Below, in pieces: positions 46,878 to 56,678 of a DNA stretch of 64,000 bases (position 1 is the stretch's first letter; each line of letters begins with the position of its first letter). Source of the stretch: a virus; the IMG/VR virus record IMGVR_UViG_3300003890_000014, positions 1-64,000 of that record. One strand, given 5' to 3'. A program made the translations under genes and the position numbers. The notes beneath the pieces are model-generated. The model saw nothing but the letters and a program-made list of their open reading frames with translations, had not been told where the DNA came from and made no database searches.

Positions 46878-49800
46878 CTACTTCGTAAACCTAAAGTTTA
46901 TACCTTGTATGCTTGACTGATTACGTTCTGAGCCTCTGCCAGCCGTTACCTTCAATTCTAACTCACGTCCTGGGTCTCCCGCAAGCTCGTGGTTAAACTG
47001 AGCTACGACATCATAGGAGTCTACCATAGAAGCTTCGGAAGCATCAGGATTCATAACTACGCCTTGATAAAAGGGAGTGTCATAAGATCCGTCACCATTC
47101 GATTGACCGATCACCTTATTTGCAGACATGATACTTCCATGGTTCACGCAGTTGATAAGAGGAGCCTGATTCTTCCATCCGGTATAAGCGAACGACGAAG
47201 CTCCGTTTGCAAATTTTGCGTATCCAATTTTTCCATTGAAATAAGCCGTCAGATCCCCGTTTGCTCCAATGGTAAGTGAAGTGGTTGCAGACGTTTGACC
47301 CGTGGTAAACGAGGTTTGTGACGAGTATGAGGGGACCTCTGTGAATGTCCCATCATAAGCCGTAGCCGTATAGATTTTTGGAGCCAACCCAGTTCCAAGA
47401 CCAACAACTCGAATGATTTTGTAAACGCCAGCCGTGATTACTCCTGTGGCACTTCTTGCTCCGCCTCTTAGCACCGAACCAGAGTCTATAATTTCGAATT
47501 CAACTGATCCATCGGTTCCGATTCTAAGTTTCCACCCATGAGCGCCAGTCCAATGGGCGATTGGGAACATGGTTGAAGCGAGTGCCGTTGGCTTAGTTTC
47601 GATCTCAATGCAAAATGGTTTGTAATAATAAAGATCAAACGCAGAATTGTCTGAGTATTGAATAGCTTCAGAAGACCCGTCAAAGTCACAAGCGAATCCA
47701 GATTGAAACGAAGAATCGGCAACAAAGTCCGCATCTACAATGTTTGGTGAAGCGGCCACGTTTAGCGCCAAGCCAGATCGATCCCAAAACTTCTGGTTAG
47801 CTATTACGGCACCATCAGCGGTAAAAGCTCTGCTATCATCGTTTCCGAGACTTACGTTGAACACAAGCCTTGGATCAAAGTCCCCATCTTGGAATCCAAC
47901 AACCGTGGCATCTCCCTTAGTAGAAATTGCACCCGAATTGATGGTGATTACTCTCCTAAAAGGATGTCCAGAGATCCCGTATCTAAGACTATTGACTGAA
48001 TCGTAGGTTTTTCTAAATAAAAAGTTAATTTGATTATTGCTGATTAATGCGATCGAACTCTCGCATACACCCTCTTGAAGATTTGAGTCAGTTCCAGAGC
48101 TTGTGTTTTGCTCTCTTCCCAATCCAAGGTCTGTAATCCACTCGCCACTAATCTCAAAAACAAAGTCTAATGTCGCGCTTGCGCTCCATGATGAGCCATC
48201 ATAAGAGGTTACGTTTCCGCCAGCATAACCACCAGTGTTTCCTTTGAAGGATATATAATTGGAGGCACTAATTGGGAAAGTTCCCTCAAGAACAATAGCG
48301 TAAACACCCGTCAAACTTTCAACATCTGAATCATCAAAGTTAAAAAAGCACCACTGGCCGCTTGTGGATTTGGTTATTCTTGATGGATCGTAGGTGTTCA
48401 CAGATGATGCCAAAACAGTACCATTTGGATTTCCACCAGTTGTGGCTTCAATTTTCACAGAAATTTCATACCCAGGTGGTATTACGCCGTTTTGGAAAAG
48501 TCTTAGTGCTACAGTCCTAACCCTTGTTGCTGAACCAGTAAATGTTTGTGCCTGTTTTGTGGCTCCAGAATTGTGTCTTAAATTATAATTATTATCGGTT
48601 GAATACTGAGAAATCTGAGTACCTACCATTGAGTCAGTATTTTTGACTTCAATGAATCCACTTCGTCTTGCACCGCTATCGGGATGCTGAATTTCATCTA
48701 CAAAGAAAACGTGCTTATTGTTCGATGGATCAATAATCACTCTTCTATTGATCGTCTTCTGCATGAAATCTCGTTGAGCAGTGGCACCGACGCCACCATC
48801 AACTGGGGTGAGCATTCCACTTGCCGAGTTCATCACCGTGAATCCAGAGACGAGTGCAGGAGATCCAGAGACTACGTTATTGAAATAACGCATATACCAA
48901 TCGCCAGATGTTGACCTGTAACTAACATACATGATTCCGGTGCCAGTCTCATCGAAGGCGATGCCTCCGTGGTTGGCGATGTTTCCGCCGCTATCTAATG
49001 CGAATGTTGTAAATGACGTTGATGCCTCTGCAAAATAAAGACCATTCAAATTGTTAGAAGCACTTGTATATACAAACCATGTCCTTCGAGAAGGAGATGT
49101 TCCAAGAACATGAACTGACGCTGGTTGATTTGAAATTGTTGATATCGCAGAGGTTGACCCGATGTGAACAGGCGTTGCCCCAGTCCAAGTCCAAACTCTA
49201 CCAAGATTTTGTGGACCACCAGAGTTAACGCTCCACATATGAACAAGACTTCCATCCACCTTGTCTCCACCAATAGTGAGTGCGTCATAATGTTGCCCAC
49301 CATCAAAGAACATTCTACCCGCTCCGCCACTAATGTCGGGGAAATCTGTAAGAACTGGAGAACTTGATAAATTGGCATAAACTGCCCAAACCTCTCTATT
49401 CGTTCCGTTACGGTTATACATTAAAGCCATCTTGCCATTGTTTGCTACAAATGCTTGAGTAGGATTTGAAAGTTCAAGATTAAGAAAAACACTCGAAGGA
49501 GGATAAGACCCTGCTGTAGTCTTATGTCCTAAGAAAGTCCAAGAGTTACCAGCATCGACAGTGTAATAGACAGATATTTGATCGTTGCCAGATTCAGACT
49601 GATAGCCCCACGCAACTCCATATTGTTTGTTTTCAGAAAATGCGGTCCAAAAACCTGGAAGACTTCCATCAACATCTCCTCCGGTAACAAGTTTTTGAGG
49701 TGATTCGCCTTGAAGTCTGATCACGTCTGAGAGAGAAGCATCTGAGATCTTCATCTGTTCTAAAGCTTCTGAAGATAGACTCTTAGCTTCGTATTTATAA

Positions 49801-51794
49801 TCCCAAGGAATAACTCGCATTTGTGAGTGTAAGTTATTGGTAGTGACACCTTGCGCTAGGTCTACAGGAGTTCCTAGATTGGTAACTGTGATAGTAGTTT
49901 CGTCTAAGCCGATATTATAAGAAACAGCACTTACAACTAACTCTGCTATATTCCCATCAGCATCAGGAAGGAAGCCGTAACGATTAGCTCCATCAGCATA
50001 AGGATCAGAATCCTGTAAAAACTTGGCTAATAAAATCTTTTTAGTAGTGGGGAAAAGTTCTGTGACATCTCCTCCGAACTTGATGTTCTGGGAAGCTCCG
50101 TTCATAGGAACAGTTTGTCCATCTTTAGGTGCAAGAGCTTGAGCAGTGTGTACCGCTACTCCGGTAACTTTGGTCACAGGAGCTGAGCCTAAAAGTCGAC
50201 GAGTATAGGTGCCGTTATTTTGTCCGGCGTTAAAACGAAGAGCATCAGCGCTGGCTGAGAGGTTGACTTTAGTTCCTAAAAGGTTTGTGTCGAAAGAGTC
50301 TAAGATTTGGTTAGGTACTTTGGAAGCAAGAGCGTTTAGTTCGGCATTATCCAACGCTCCTAGAATATCTCCGCCATCAGCCGCACCGCCGCCTCCGGTG
50401 CCTAGATCTGACCAACTATCAGTGGGAAGATGTCTGAATTGAAGCTTTTGTGTTGTTGTATCCCAACGAATTTGTCCTTCAAGAGATGCGCTAGTTCCAA
50501 TGTGAATAGTTGATGGTCCAAGATAAGCGTCTTTCCATCGAAGAGCAGGAGCGCCAAGATCATAGGTATTGTCTGTGAGAGGTATTAAACTAGAAGTAAT
50601 AGCATCTAGTTCTGCCACAAAGTAACTTACCTTCTCTACTTCAATTTGAGCATCTGCGGGGAGAGGTTGGGTAGAAGGTCCGGCGATAATCTCATAAATA
50701 TCAACTTGGGTTCCAGAAGCTTCTTCGAAAACGACGTTGCCTACGTTATCGTTGACACCAGTAACTTTACGCTCAATATCTTGTCCGTTTACTCGAACGA
50801 CGATATCTCCACGAGTTTTACCAGAATTATAATCCTGAATAAAACTAAAACCTGTAGAAAGAGTTACACGAGTTTTGAGGGATACTGTCGAAATAGAACA
50901 GTTTTGTGCTTGAGTTCCATCAGCATATCCACGAGCAACTTGAATGGTCTTTTCAGCGAGACCTACCCCATCAAAGGTATTAACCAAGAATCGCATTTCG
51001 AAAATATCGTCTGCTATTGCTGGGAAACTTGGATGAAGAGTAATTTGATTTGAGGAATTTCCGGCATTAACTTCCATGTACTCGTCAGAATAATTTCCTA
51101 CTCCAACGGTAAAAGCAGCGACTTTGCGCATTTCGACGCCATTTCTAAAAAAGAAAGCGTTTTTATTATAAGAATAATTTTTAGTAAAAGTGATTGTAGT
51201 ACCAGTTACTCCAGTAGTTTCGGCTACTCTCCACTGAACAACTCCACCACCGCCAGATCCCCCACCAACAAACATTACGATATCTGAGTTAGAGATATTT
51301 TGTATAGTACCAGCAATATTCTTAAGAACTACATAACCAATTGCTCGACTACCTGTTCCAGCAGGAAGTAAAGCCGCAGCTTCGGAAGCAGCTGGATCGC
51401 CAAGATCGAGTACAAGATTATTTGCATCATCAAGAGAAATAAGAGCTTTTAAAAATTGACCAGAGGGAAGGGTGACTACTACGTCCGTACCTGGAGAAAC
51501 AACGGCGGTGCCTCCAGAGATTGCAGGGAAAACGATGTTACCAGAAGAAAAAGTAGGAACTTGATCATTGATGGGTTGGATCGTTCTGCGACGATTAGTT
51601 TGAGAATTAGTTACGACTACGTTCTCTACATTCACCGTGAGAGAGGGTGAAGTGGTAGCATTAAGTCTGAGAGGGGCTGTAAGTTCGCTATCAATTAACC
51701 GTAAGAGATCATCAAGCTCCATGTTTGCTTGGTTAGCAATTTGGGTTAATGTATCTCTTGAGATAAATTGTCTTACATCGGTTTTTGTAGCCAT
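46878..51794 (-). CDS. Tail fibre / receptor-binding protein 1
   Basis: IPLTDNTYDLG...RWKD fibre motif, YTVDAGNSW, LamG-like C-terminal part. Confidence 0.8.
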   Translation of the reverse strand: MATKTDVRQFISRDTLTQIANQANMELDDLLRLIDSELTAPLRLNATTSPSLTVNVENVVVTNSQTNRRRTIQPINDQVPTFSSGNIVFPAISGGTAVVSPGTDVVVTLPSGQFLKALISLDDANNLVLDLGDPAASEAAALLPAGTGSRAIGYVVLKNIAGTIQNISNSDIVMFVGGGSGGGGVVQWRVAETTGVTGTTITFTKNYSYNKNAFFFRNGVEMRKVAAFTVGVGNYSDEYMEVNAGNSSNQITLHPSFPAIADDIFEMRFLVNTFDGVGLAEKTIQVARGYADGTQAQNCSISTVSLKTRVTLSTGFSFIQDYNSGKTRGDIVVRVNGQDIERKVTGVNDNVGNVVFEEASGTQVDIYEIIAGPSTQPLPADAQIEVEKVSYFVAELDAITSSLIPLTDNTYDLGAPALRWKDAYLGPSTIHIGTSASLEGQIRWDTTTQKLQFRHLPTDSWSDLGTGGGGAADGGDILGALDNAELNALASKVPNQILDSFDTNLLGTKVNLSASADALRFNAGQNNGTYTRRLLGSAPVTKVTGVAVHTAQALAPKDGQTVPMNGASQNIKFGGDVTELFPTTKKILLAKFLQDSDPYADGANRYGFLPDADGNIAELVVSAVSYNIGLDETTITVTNLGTPVDLAQGVTTNNLHSQMRVIPWDYKYEAKSLSSEALEQMKISDASLSDVIRLQGESPQKLVTGGDVDGSLPGFWTAFSENKQYGVAWGYQSESGNDQISVYYTVDAGNSWTFLGHKTTAGSYPPSSVFLNLELSNPTQAFVANNGKMALMYNRNGTNREVWAVYANLSSSPVLTDFPDISGGAGRMFFDGGQHYDALTIGGDKVDGSLVHMWSVNSGGPQNLGRVWTWTGATPVHIGSTSAISTISNQPASVHVLGTSPSRRTWFVYTSASNNLNGLYFAEASTSFTTFALDSGGNIANHGGIAFDETGTGIMYVSYRSTSGDWYMRYFNNVVSGSPALVSGFTVMNSASGMLTPVDGGVGATAQRDFMQKTINRRVIIDPSNNKHVFFVDEIQHPDSGARRSGFIEVKNTDSMVGTQISQYSTDNNYNLRHNSGATKQAQTFTGSATRVRTVALRLFQNGVIPPGYEISVKIEATTGGNPNGTVLASSVNTYDPSRITKSTSGQWCFFNFDDSDVESLTGVYAIVLEGTFPISASNYISFKGNTGGYAGGNVTSYDGSSWSASATLDFVFEISGEWITDLGLGREQNTSSGTDSNLQEGVCESSIALISNNQINFLFRKTYDSVNSLRYGISGHPFRRVITINSGAISTKGDATVVGFQDGDFDPRLVFNVSLGNDDSRAFTADGAVIANQKFWDRSGLALNVAASPNIVDADFVADSSFQSGFACDFDGSSEAIQYSDNSAFDLYYYKPFCIEIETKPTALASTMFPIAHWTGAHGWKLRIGTDGSVEFEIIDSGSVLRGGARSATGVITAGVYKIIRVVGLGTGLAPKIYTATAYDGTFTEVPSYSSQTSFTTGQTSATTSLTIGANGDLTAYFNGKIGYAKFANGASSFAYTGWKNQAPLINCVNHGSIMSANKVIGQSNGDGSYDTPFYQGVVMNPDASEASMVDSYDVVAQFNHELAGDPGRELELKVTAGRGSERNQSSIQGINFRFTK

Positions 51795-51833
51795 TTTCTA
51801 ATCCTTATATTCTTATCAAAATTATAACACAAT

Positions 51834-52166
51834 TTATGCTGATCTATCAATTCTAAAGTGTATACGATCTCCTATCACTAGGTCAAAAGTCAAAGTAACT
51901 TGAGTGCGAGGCGGTGAGCCTACGTAGTTGTAATCTATAACACTTTCTAATCTTATACCATTTAATCTTACTTCTAGTTCCTCAGAAGTATAGGTTTGAC
52001 TAAGCGGTAGGGTGATATTAGTACCCGCCGTAACTGGTCCAGTAATCTGTCCAGGTCCAGGGCTTCCTGATACCACGTCTAATGCTTCATCGTAAATGGC
52101 TACGGAACCTCCAGTTTCATCGAAGGACCGTAAAATTCCATTTACTAACCTAGTAAATTTGGCCAT
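51834..52166 (-). CDS. Small virion beta-sandwich protein
   Basis: LEVRLNG...DY..VG...LVIGDRIHFR module shared with neighbouring genes. Confidence 0.65.
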   Translation of the reverse strand: MAKFTRLVNGILRSFDETGGSVAIYDEALDVVSGSPGPGQITGPVTAGTNITLPLSQTYTSEELEVRLNGIRLESVIDYNYVGSPPRTQVTLTFDLVIGDRIHFRIDRSA

Positions 52167-52169
52167 ATA

Positions 52170-54032
52170 TTATGCTACTATACCAATCATTGGTTGAACA
52201 AAAATTCGATCTGTGTTTTCAACAAACCCGATCGGTTTTGCTGCTTCATTCGCTGTATTAGTTAAAGAAGCTCCTAAAATAAAGGCTCCGCTTGAACCTA
52301 AGAATACTGGTTTACCAATATCTGCTCCAGCAAATGGAGTATCTGAAGATCCAAGTACATGAGTACCTAACATGATTACGTCGATATTTTCACCAGCTGA
52401 TACTGCACTTGTTGAGAGTGCAATACCTATAGCATGAAATTTATCACTTACAGAAGCGTCTTTATCGGCTTTATATACTCTGCCTGCAGTTTCACCATTT
52501 AGAGCAAAACGAACTAAGAAACTCGTATTAGCAGCCATAGATTCGCCAGCTACCATTACTTTCTTAGCAAGAGGAGCATGAGCAGTTTTTACCCCTGAAG
52601 CAGATCTAGAGATCGAATCTCCATCGAGTTTAACTCGAACTGCATCAGAATTGATTTCGATACCATCGCCAGGGTTTACATCAATAGCTGCGCCATTGCC
52701 GCCAGTCAATCCTGAACCAGCGACATCAGATCCGAGTTTTGCTGCAGTTACTGAGGTAGCTGCAAGTTTAGCGGTTGAGATACCAAGATCTTTAACTTGA
52801 AGAGCATTGGTAGCAATTTCGATAGTCGAGTTATCAACATTAGCTTTTGTACCAGCTGCGCCTTTAGATAATGCACCAGCAGGGTCGAATTTAATACCAA
52901 GTTCATCAGAAGAAATCTGAAGAGAAGGATTAGAAGCTTCGAGTTTAACACTCAATATTCCAGCAGAGAATGCTAGACCATCCCCTGCGGCAGAAGCGTC
53001 GAGTCTTACATCAAATCCAACTTTAGTCAATCCAGTAGAAGCGGTCGTAGCTTCAAAATACTTCTGTACCCACGATGACCCACCCCATTGACGGAGAGAA
53101 GATGTTTCGTCATCAATAGAAATCATCATCCCAACAGTAGGATTAGTTTCTACCCAAAGAGTTCCATTAAACTCAACAATATCACCAGCTTCAGCGCCAT
53201 CCCAATCTACGTGTGGTGTGCCGCCATCGTGAGAAAGTACATATCTATCGCCAAGAACTTCAGTAGGAGGGGCAACGGTATTGTCTACAATATAGTCAAT
53301 TGCAGAGTTCTGAAACTCAAAGTTTTGAATTAAAGAAAGAGCATTTTGAAGTTGTTCCCAACGAACTGCATCTCCGTTAGCGGAAGCGGGGGCTAGATTA
53401 GTTAGTTTATTTCCACCCATCGACTGGTTACCAGAAAAAGCTCTAGTTCCATCAACAAGAATATATTGGGTGTGATCATCTGAAGAAAGATTAAGAAGTG
53501 CGCTATGGCTAACTTTAGAAGCATCGAAACGGATTCTAAAAATTTCATTACCAGCGGGATTAAGAATACTTTCTTCGAGAGCATTGGTAGTATTGCTTCC
53601 AACATCTACTTGGATTTTAGGAGAAAGATAATCAGAGGTGGTGTCAGCTGCGCTCACTCGAACTTGTTTATCGTTCGATCCAGCGCCAAGGGCGGTGTTG
53701 ATTCCTTGAAGAGCGCCTTTTACAGTAGCAGCAGTTGGGGTAAAGTTTGTATAGGTATTGTCATCCCCAATTAAATCAGAACCAGAAGATGCATTTGAAG
53801 ATCCTAATTCAGACTCAGTAAAATATCTTCCATCATGAGTATGTGAATTTGTACCATCAGCAAAATCAGTTCCATTCTGAAGATTGATAAGTTTATCAAG
53901 AATGGTTTTGCTAAGATCAGTACCTGCTCCACCACCAAATTTTACTTTATCAACTACTAAAGTGTTAGTTGAGATATCTACGTTTCTAATTACACCGTCT
54001 ATGACTCGAGATAATTTGCTAATATCAGACAT
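52170..54032 (-). CDS. Virion fibre protein with repeated shaft and DUF2190-like C-terminal domain
   Basis: HTHDGRY, SMGGNKLTNLA...DAV, repeats such as DNSTIEIATNALQVK. Confidence 0.7.
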   Translation of the reverse strand: MSDISKLSRVIDGVIRNVDISTNTLVVDKVKFGGGAGTDLSKTILDKLINLQNGTDFADGTNSHTHDGRYFTESELGSSNASSGSDLIGDDNTYTNFTPTAATVKGALQGINTALGAGSNDKQVRVSAADTTSDYLSPKIQVDVGSNTTNALEESILNPAGNEIFRIRFDASKVSHSALLNLSSDDHTQYILVDGTRAFSGNQSMGGNKLTNLAPASANGDAVRWEQLQNALSLIQNFEFQNSAIDYIVDNTVAPPTEVLGDRYVLSHDGGTPHVDWDGAEAGDIVEFNGTLWVETNPTVGMMISIDDETSSLRQWGGSSWVQKYFEATTASTGLTKVGFDVRLDASAAGDGLAFSAGILSVKLEASNPSLQISSDELGIKFDPAGALSKGAAGTKANVDNSTIEIATNALQVKDLGISTAKLAATSVTAAKLGSDVAGSGLTGGNGAAIDVNPGDGIEINSDAVRVKLDGDSISRSASGVKTAHAPLAKKVMVAGESMAANTSFLVRFALNGETAGRVYKADKDASVSDKFHAIGIALSTSAVSAGENIDVIMLGTHVLGSSDTPFAGADIGKPVFLGSSGAFILGASLTNTANEAAKPIGFVENTDRIFVQPMIGIVA

Positions 54033-54035
54033 TTG

Positions 54036-54245
54036 TTATTCTCCTTTAGGGTTCTCAGTTTGGTTTAAGGGTTCTATTAAAAATTGCATTTTGACTTGTA
54101 TACCGTATATTTGTGCTATTCGATTTGCTTCATCACAAGCTTTGTCCATGATTTGTCTAAGCTTTTCGCCAATTCTTTGGCTAAGTTGATCTGCCTCTTC
54201 TTCAGACAGTTTTTCTAGATCTACTTTCCTAACTCGTTCTTCCAT
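54036..54245 (-). CDS. Hypothetical protein
   Basis: Small helical ORF; the start position is uncertain. Confidence 0.6.
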   Translation of the reverse strand: MEERVRKVDLEKLSEEEADQLSQRIGEKLRQIMDKACDEANRIAQIYGIQVKMQFLIEPLNQTENPKGE

Positions 54246-54280
54246 ATTATATCCCAATCCTTTCAAACTTTTGAAATTTA

Positions 54281-56620
54281 TTATAACTGCCCTATAATAG
54301 CAACGTTTACTATTAGATCTTTTAAAGTAGGATTAGAAGTATTTCTAGAGATTACTCCCAACCTAATAACCCAATCTCCCGCTACAAAACCACCGACGCC
54401 AATGTCAGGTTTAACATTTGTAATATCTCCAGTTTTAGATACGTATACTGGTTCTCCATAATCTGCGGTCGTTGTAATATCTTTAAGAACTCCACTAACT
54501 ACTACACTTCCTTGCGCCGCATTTACAGTGTTTGCTGCTAAGACACCTACACATGCTAAAGCTTCTGCTTCAATAGAAACATCAATATCTTCCATATAAC
54601 CTAAAGAATTCACTCTAATAGGTTTTAATTTATTAATGGTAGAACCAGTTTGATTCTCAAGTGGAACTTCGCCAGAAGCTGCGGTACCGGCACCTGCACC
54701 GATGGCGCTAATATTTATAGTAGATCCACCGTTCTTTTTGTATTTAAGATCTCCAGTATTATCTACCCATAATCCATCTTGAGCGGGAAGTGGGTCTGAA
54801 GCTTCTCGACTAAAAGTTATACCTTTAGGATCGATAATTCCGGTAACATCGATATCACCATTAAATACTGCTATCTTACCTGGAGGTCCATTTACGGTAA
54901 AAGGAAAGCCAGGAGTAACAAGAATCGTAGAACCATTATTGTAAGCATTTTGTAAACTTACTGGTCCACCACCGCCGCCTACAAATCCACCAACTACAGC
55001 ATGTCTAAAAGTAAGGCGATCTCCTACTACAAGAGGAATTTGAATCTGAACTATAGAAGAAGGATTACCTATAGTACCAACTTCAGTCCAATCATCTCCA
55101 ACAAAAAGATAAATACCATTTAAATAAAGTTCAAGTCCACCACTACCTACAATATAATACTCAGTACTATTTCCATCTCTTGAATCAAGAGGAAGACTTA
55201 AGTTGGTGGCAGGAGAAACTGGACCAGTAAATTCATTATCATTAGCTGGAGCACCAGCGACGATATCCATTTTTTCTTCATATGGATTACCATTGAGTAC
55301 TGTATTTAAAAAATTAATATTTTTAGCATTTTCTGAAATTGCGGTAACTAAGGTAGAGGCTGTGGTGAATTGTCCAGGAAGAGATGGATCTGGAAGTTCA
55401 GTATATGGTACTGAAGTAGCAGTCTCGGGGTCGAATCCTAAGAAAGTAGCAAGAGATTCAGTAGTCTCGTCATTAATTTCTTTTGCTTCGCCAGCGTCTA
55501 ATTCGCCTAAACCTCTAAGATAAAGTCTAGAACCTTCTCTGTAAGCAAGCCAATATACATCGTCATCAAGGGGTACACTACCACGAGCTGAGACTCTATA
55601 GTTTGTAGCTGTTAAACCTACTGAATCATAAGTTACAGTAGTAAGAGGATCAGGAAGTTCTATCCATAGCACTTCTCCATCAGCAATAGAGATTGCATTG
55701 CCACCTTCTTGTCGAGTAAGTTGAATATTAGAGGTATTATCAAAAAGTCTTACATAAGCAATAACGTCAGAATCAAGAGGGATTCCAGAATCATCAGTAA
55801 TAGTAAGTGCAGTACCAGTCCAATAGAATCTAGCTCCTGCAGTAGCTCCTACTAAAATACTTAAACCAGTAGCTCTAAAAGAACCACCTAAAGTAATTGG
55901 AGCTTGCTCAAACCAATAGGTTGTACCTTTAATTTCTCGAATACTGTCCATGACAGCATCAAAAAATTGTTTAAAATTCTTGATGTCTTTATCAGCACCT
56001 GTGAATTGTGTATTGACAGGTTCAGTTCTAGATGCCCATGAAAAAGCAAAAGTTGGATTTGTACCACGACCTAATCTAAAAAACAGATCTCGTTTGTCTC
56101 GGATTGCAGTGATTACACCTGAACCGTTTACATCAACTTCACAAACTTTAACTTTATCTGCATCGCCTGAAAAATTTGAGGTATTAATTACTAGGCTGGC
56201 TTTAAGAAAAGTGAAAGTATCTACAATTTGTGAAAACTCTGCGCCTTGCCCCCCAGCTGCAGTTGGGTCCCAAAAAGCTCTACTATCTGCGCCACCTGTA
56301 TCTTGAGTTACAGAAATTTCAATGTAATTAGTGGTAGCTGGAGAAAGACTTGAGGAAGATAGGGCAGAAAGACTAGGTGCTCCAATATAAAGCACGCCAT
56401 CGTCTTGGCCCATAATAAGAGAAGAATTTGCAATGGCTACTGAAATAGTGTTAGTTCCAACGCCAGTAGCATTGAATCCAGAAAATATAAAATTTTGATT
56501 GGTCCAGGCGTTTCTTTGAATCGCTTTAAAATCTGCACAAACAAAGTCCTCGATCTTATTAAAATCAGGTAAATCGAGACGTTGATTCGGGAGGATTCTG
56601 GTCCTTTGAAGTAAAGCCAT
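54281..56620 (-). CDS. Baseplate / fibre-anchor structural protein
   Basis: Follows the wedge gene; ITAIRDKR motif, shared beta-sandwich module, DUF2190-like C-terminus. Confidence 0.65.
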   Translation of the reverse strand: MALLQRTRILPNQRLDLPDFNKIEDFVCADFKAIQRNAWTNQNFIFSGFNATGVGTNTISVAIANSSLIMGQDDGVLYIGAPSLSALSSSSLSPATTNYIEISVTQDTGGADSRAFWDPTAAGGQGAEFSQIVDTFTFLKASLVINTSNFSGDADKVKVCEVDVNGSGVITAIRDKRDLFFRLGRGTNPTFAFSWASRTEPVNTQFTGADKDIKNFKQFFDAVMDSIREIKGTTYWFEQAPITLGGSFRATGLSILVGATAGARFYWTGTALTITDDSGIPLDSDVIAYVRLFDNTSNIQLTRQEGGNAISIADGEVLWIELPDPLTTVTYDSVGLTATNYRVSARGSVPLDDDVYWLAYREGSRLYLRGLGELDAGEAKEINDETTESLATFLGFDPETATSVPYTELPDPSLPGQFTTASTLVTAISENAKNINFLNTVLNGNPYEEKMDIVAGAPANDNEFTGPVSPATNLSLPLDSRDGNSTEYYIVGSGGLELYLNGIYLFVGDDWTEVGTIGNPSSIVQIQIPLVVGDRLTFRHAVVGGFVGGGGGPVSLQNAYNNGSTILVTPGFPFTVNGPPGKIAVFNGDIDVTGIIDPKGITFSREASDPLPAQDGLWVDNTGDLKYKKNGGSTINISAIGAGAGTAASGEVPLENQTGSTINKLKPIRVNSLGYMEDIDVSIEAEALACVGVLAANTVNAAQGSVVVSGVLKDITTTADYGEPVYVSKTGDITNVKPDIGVGGFVAGDWVIRLGVISRNTSNPTLKDLIVNVAIIGQL

Positions 56621-56678
56621 TTGTTAAATCCTTATATTCTTATTCTTAATTTTCATTTTAGCACACATCCTAAAATCC

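Noticed and set aside
43267-51794. Diversity-generating retroelement or invertible tail-fibre cassette
   Set aside because: No reverse transcriptase or invertase, no near-identical TR/VR pair with adenine-specific differences; the similarity is ordinary paralogy.
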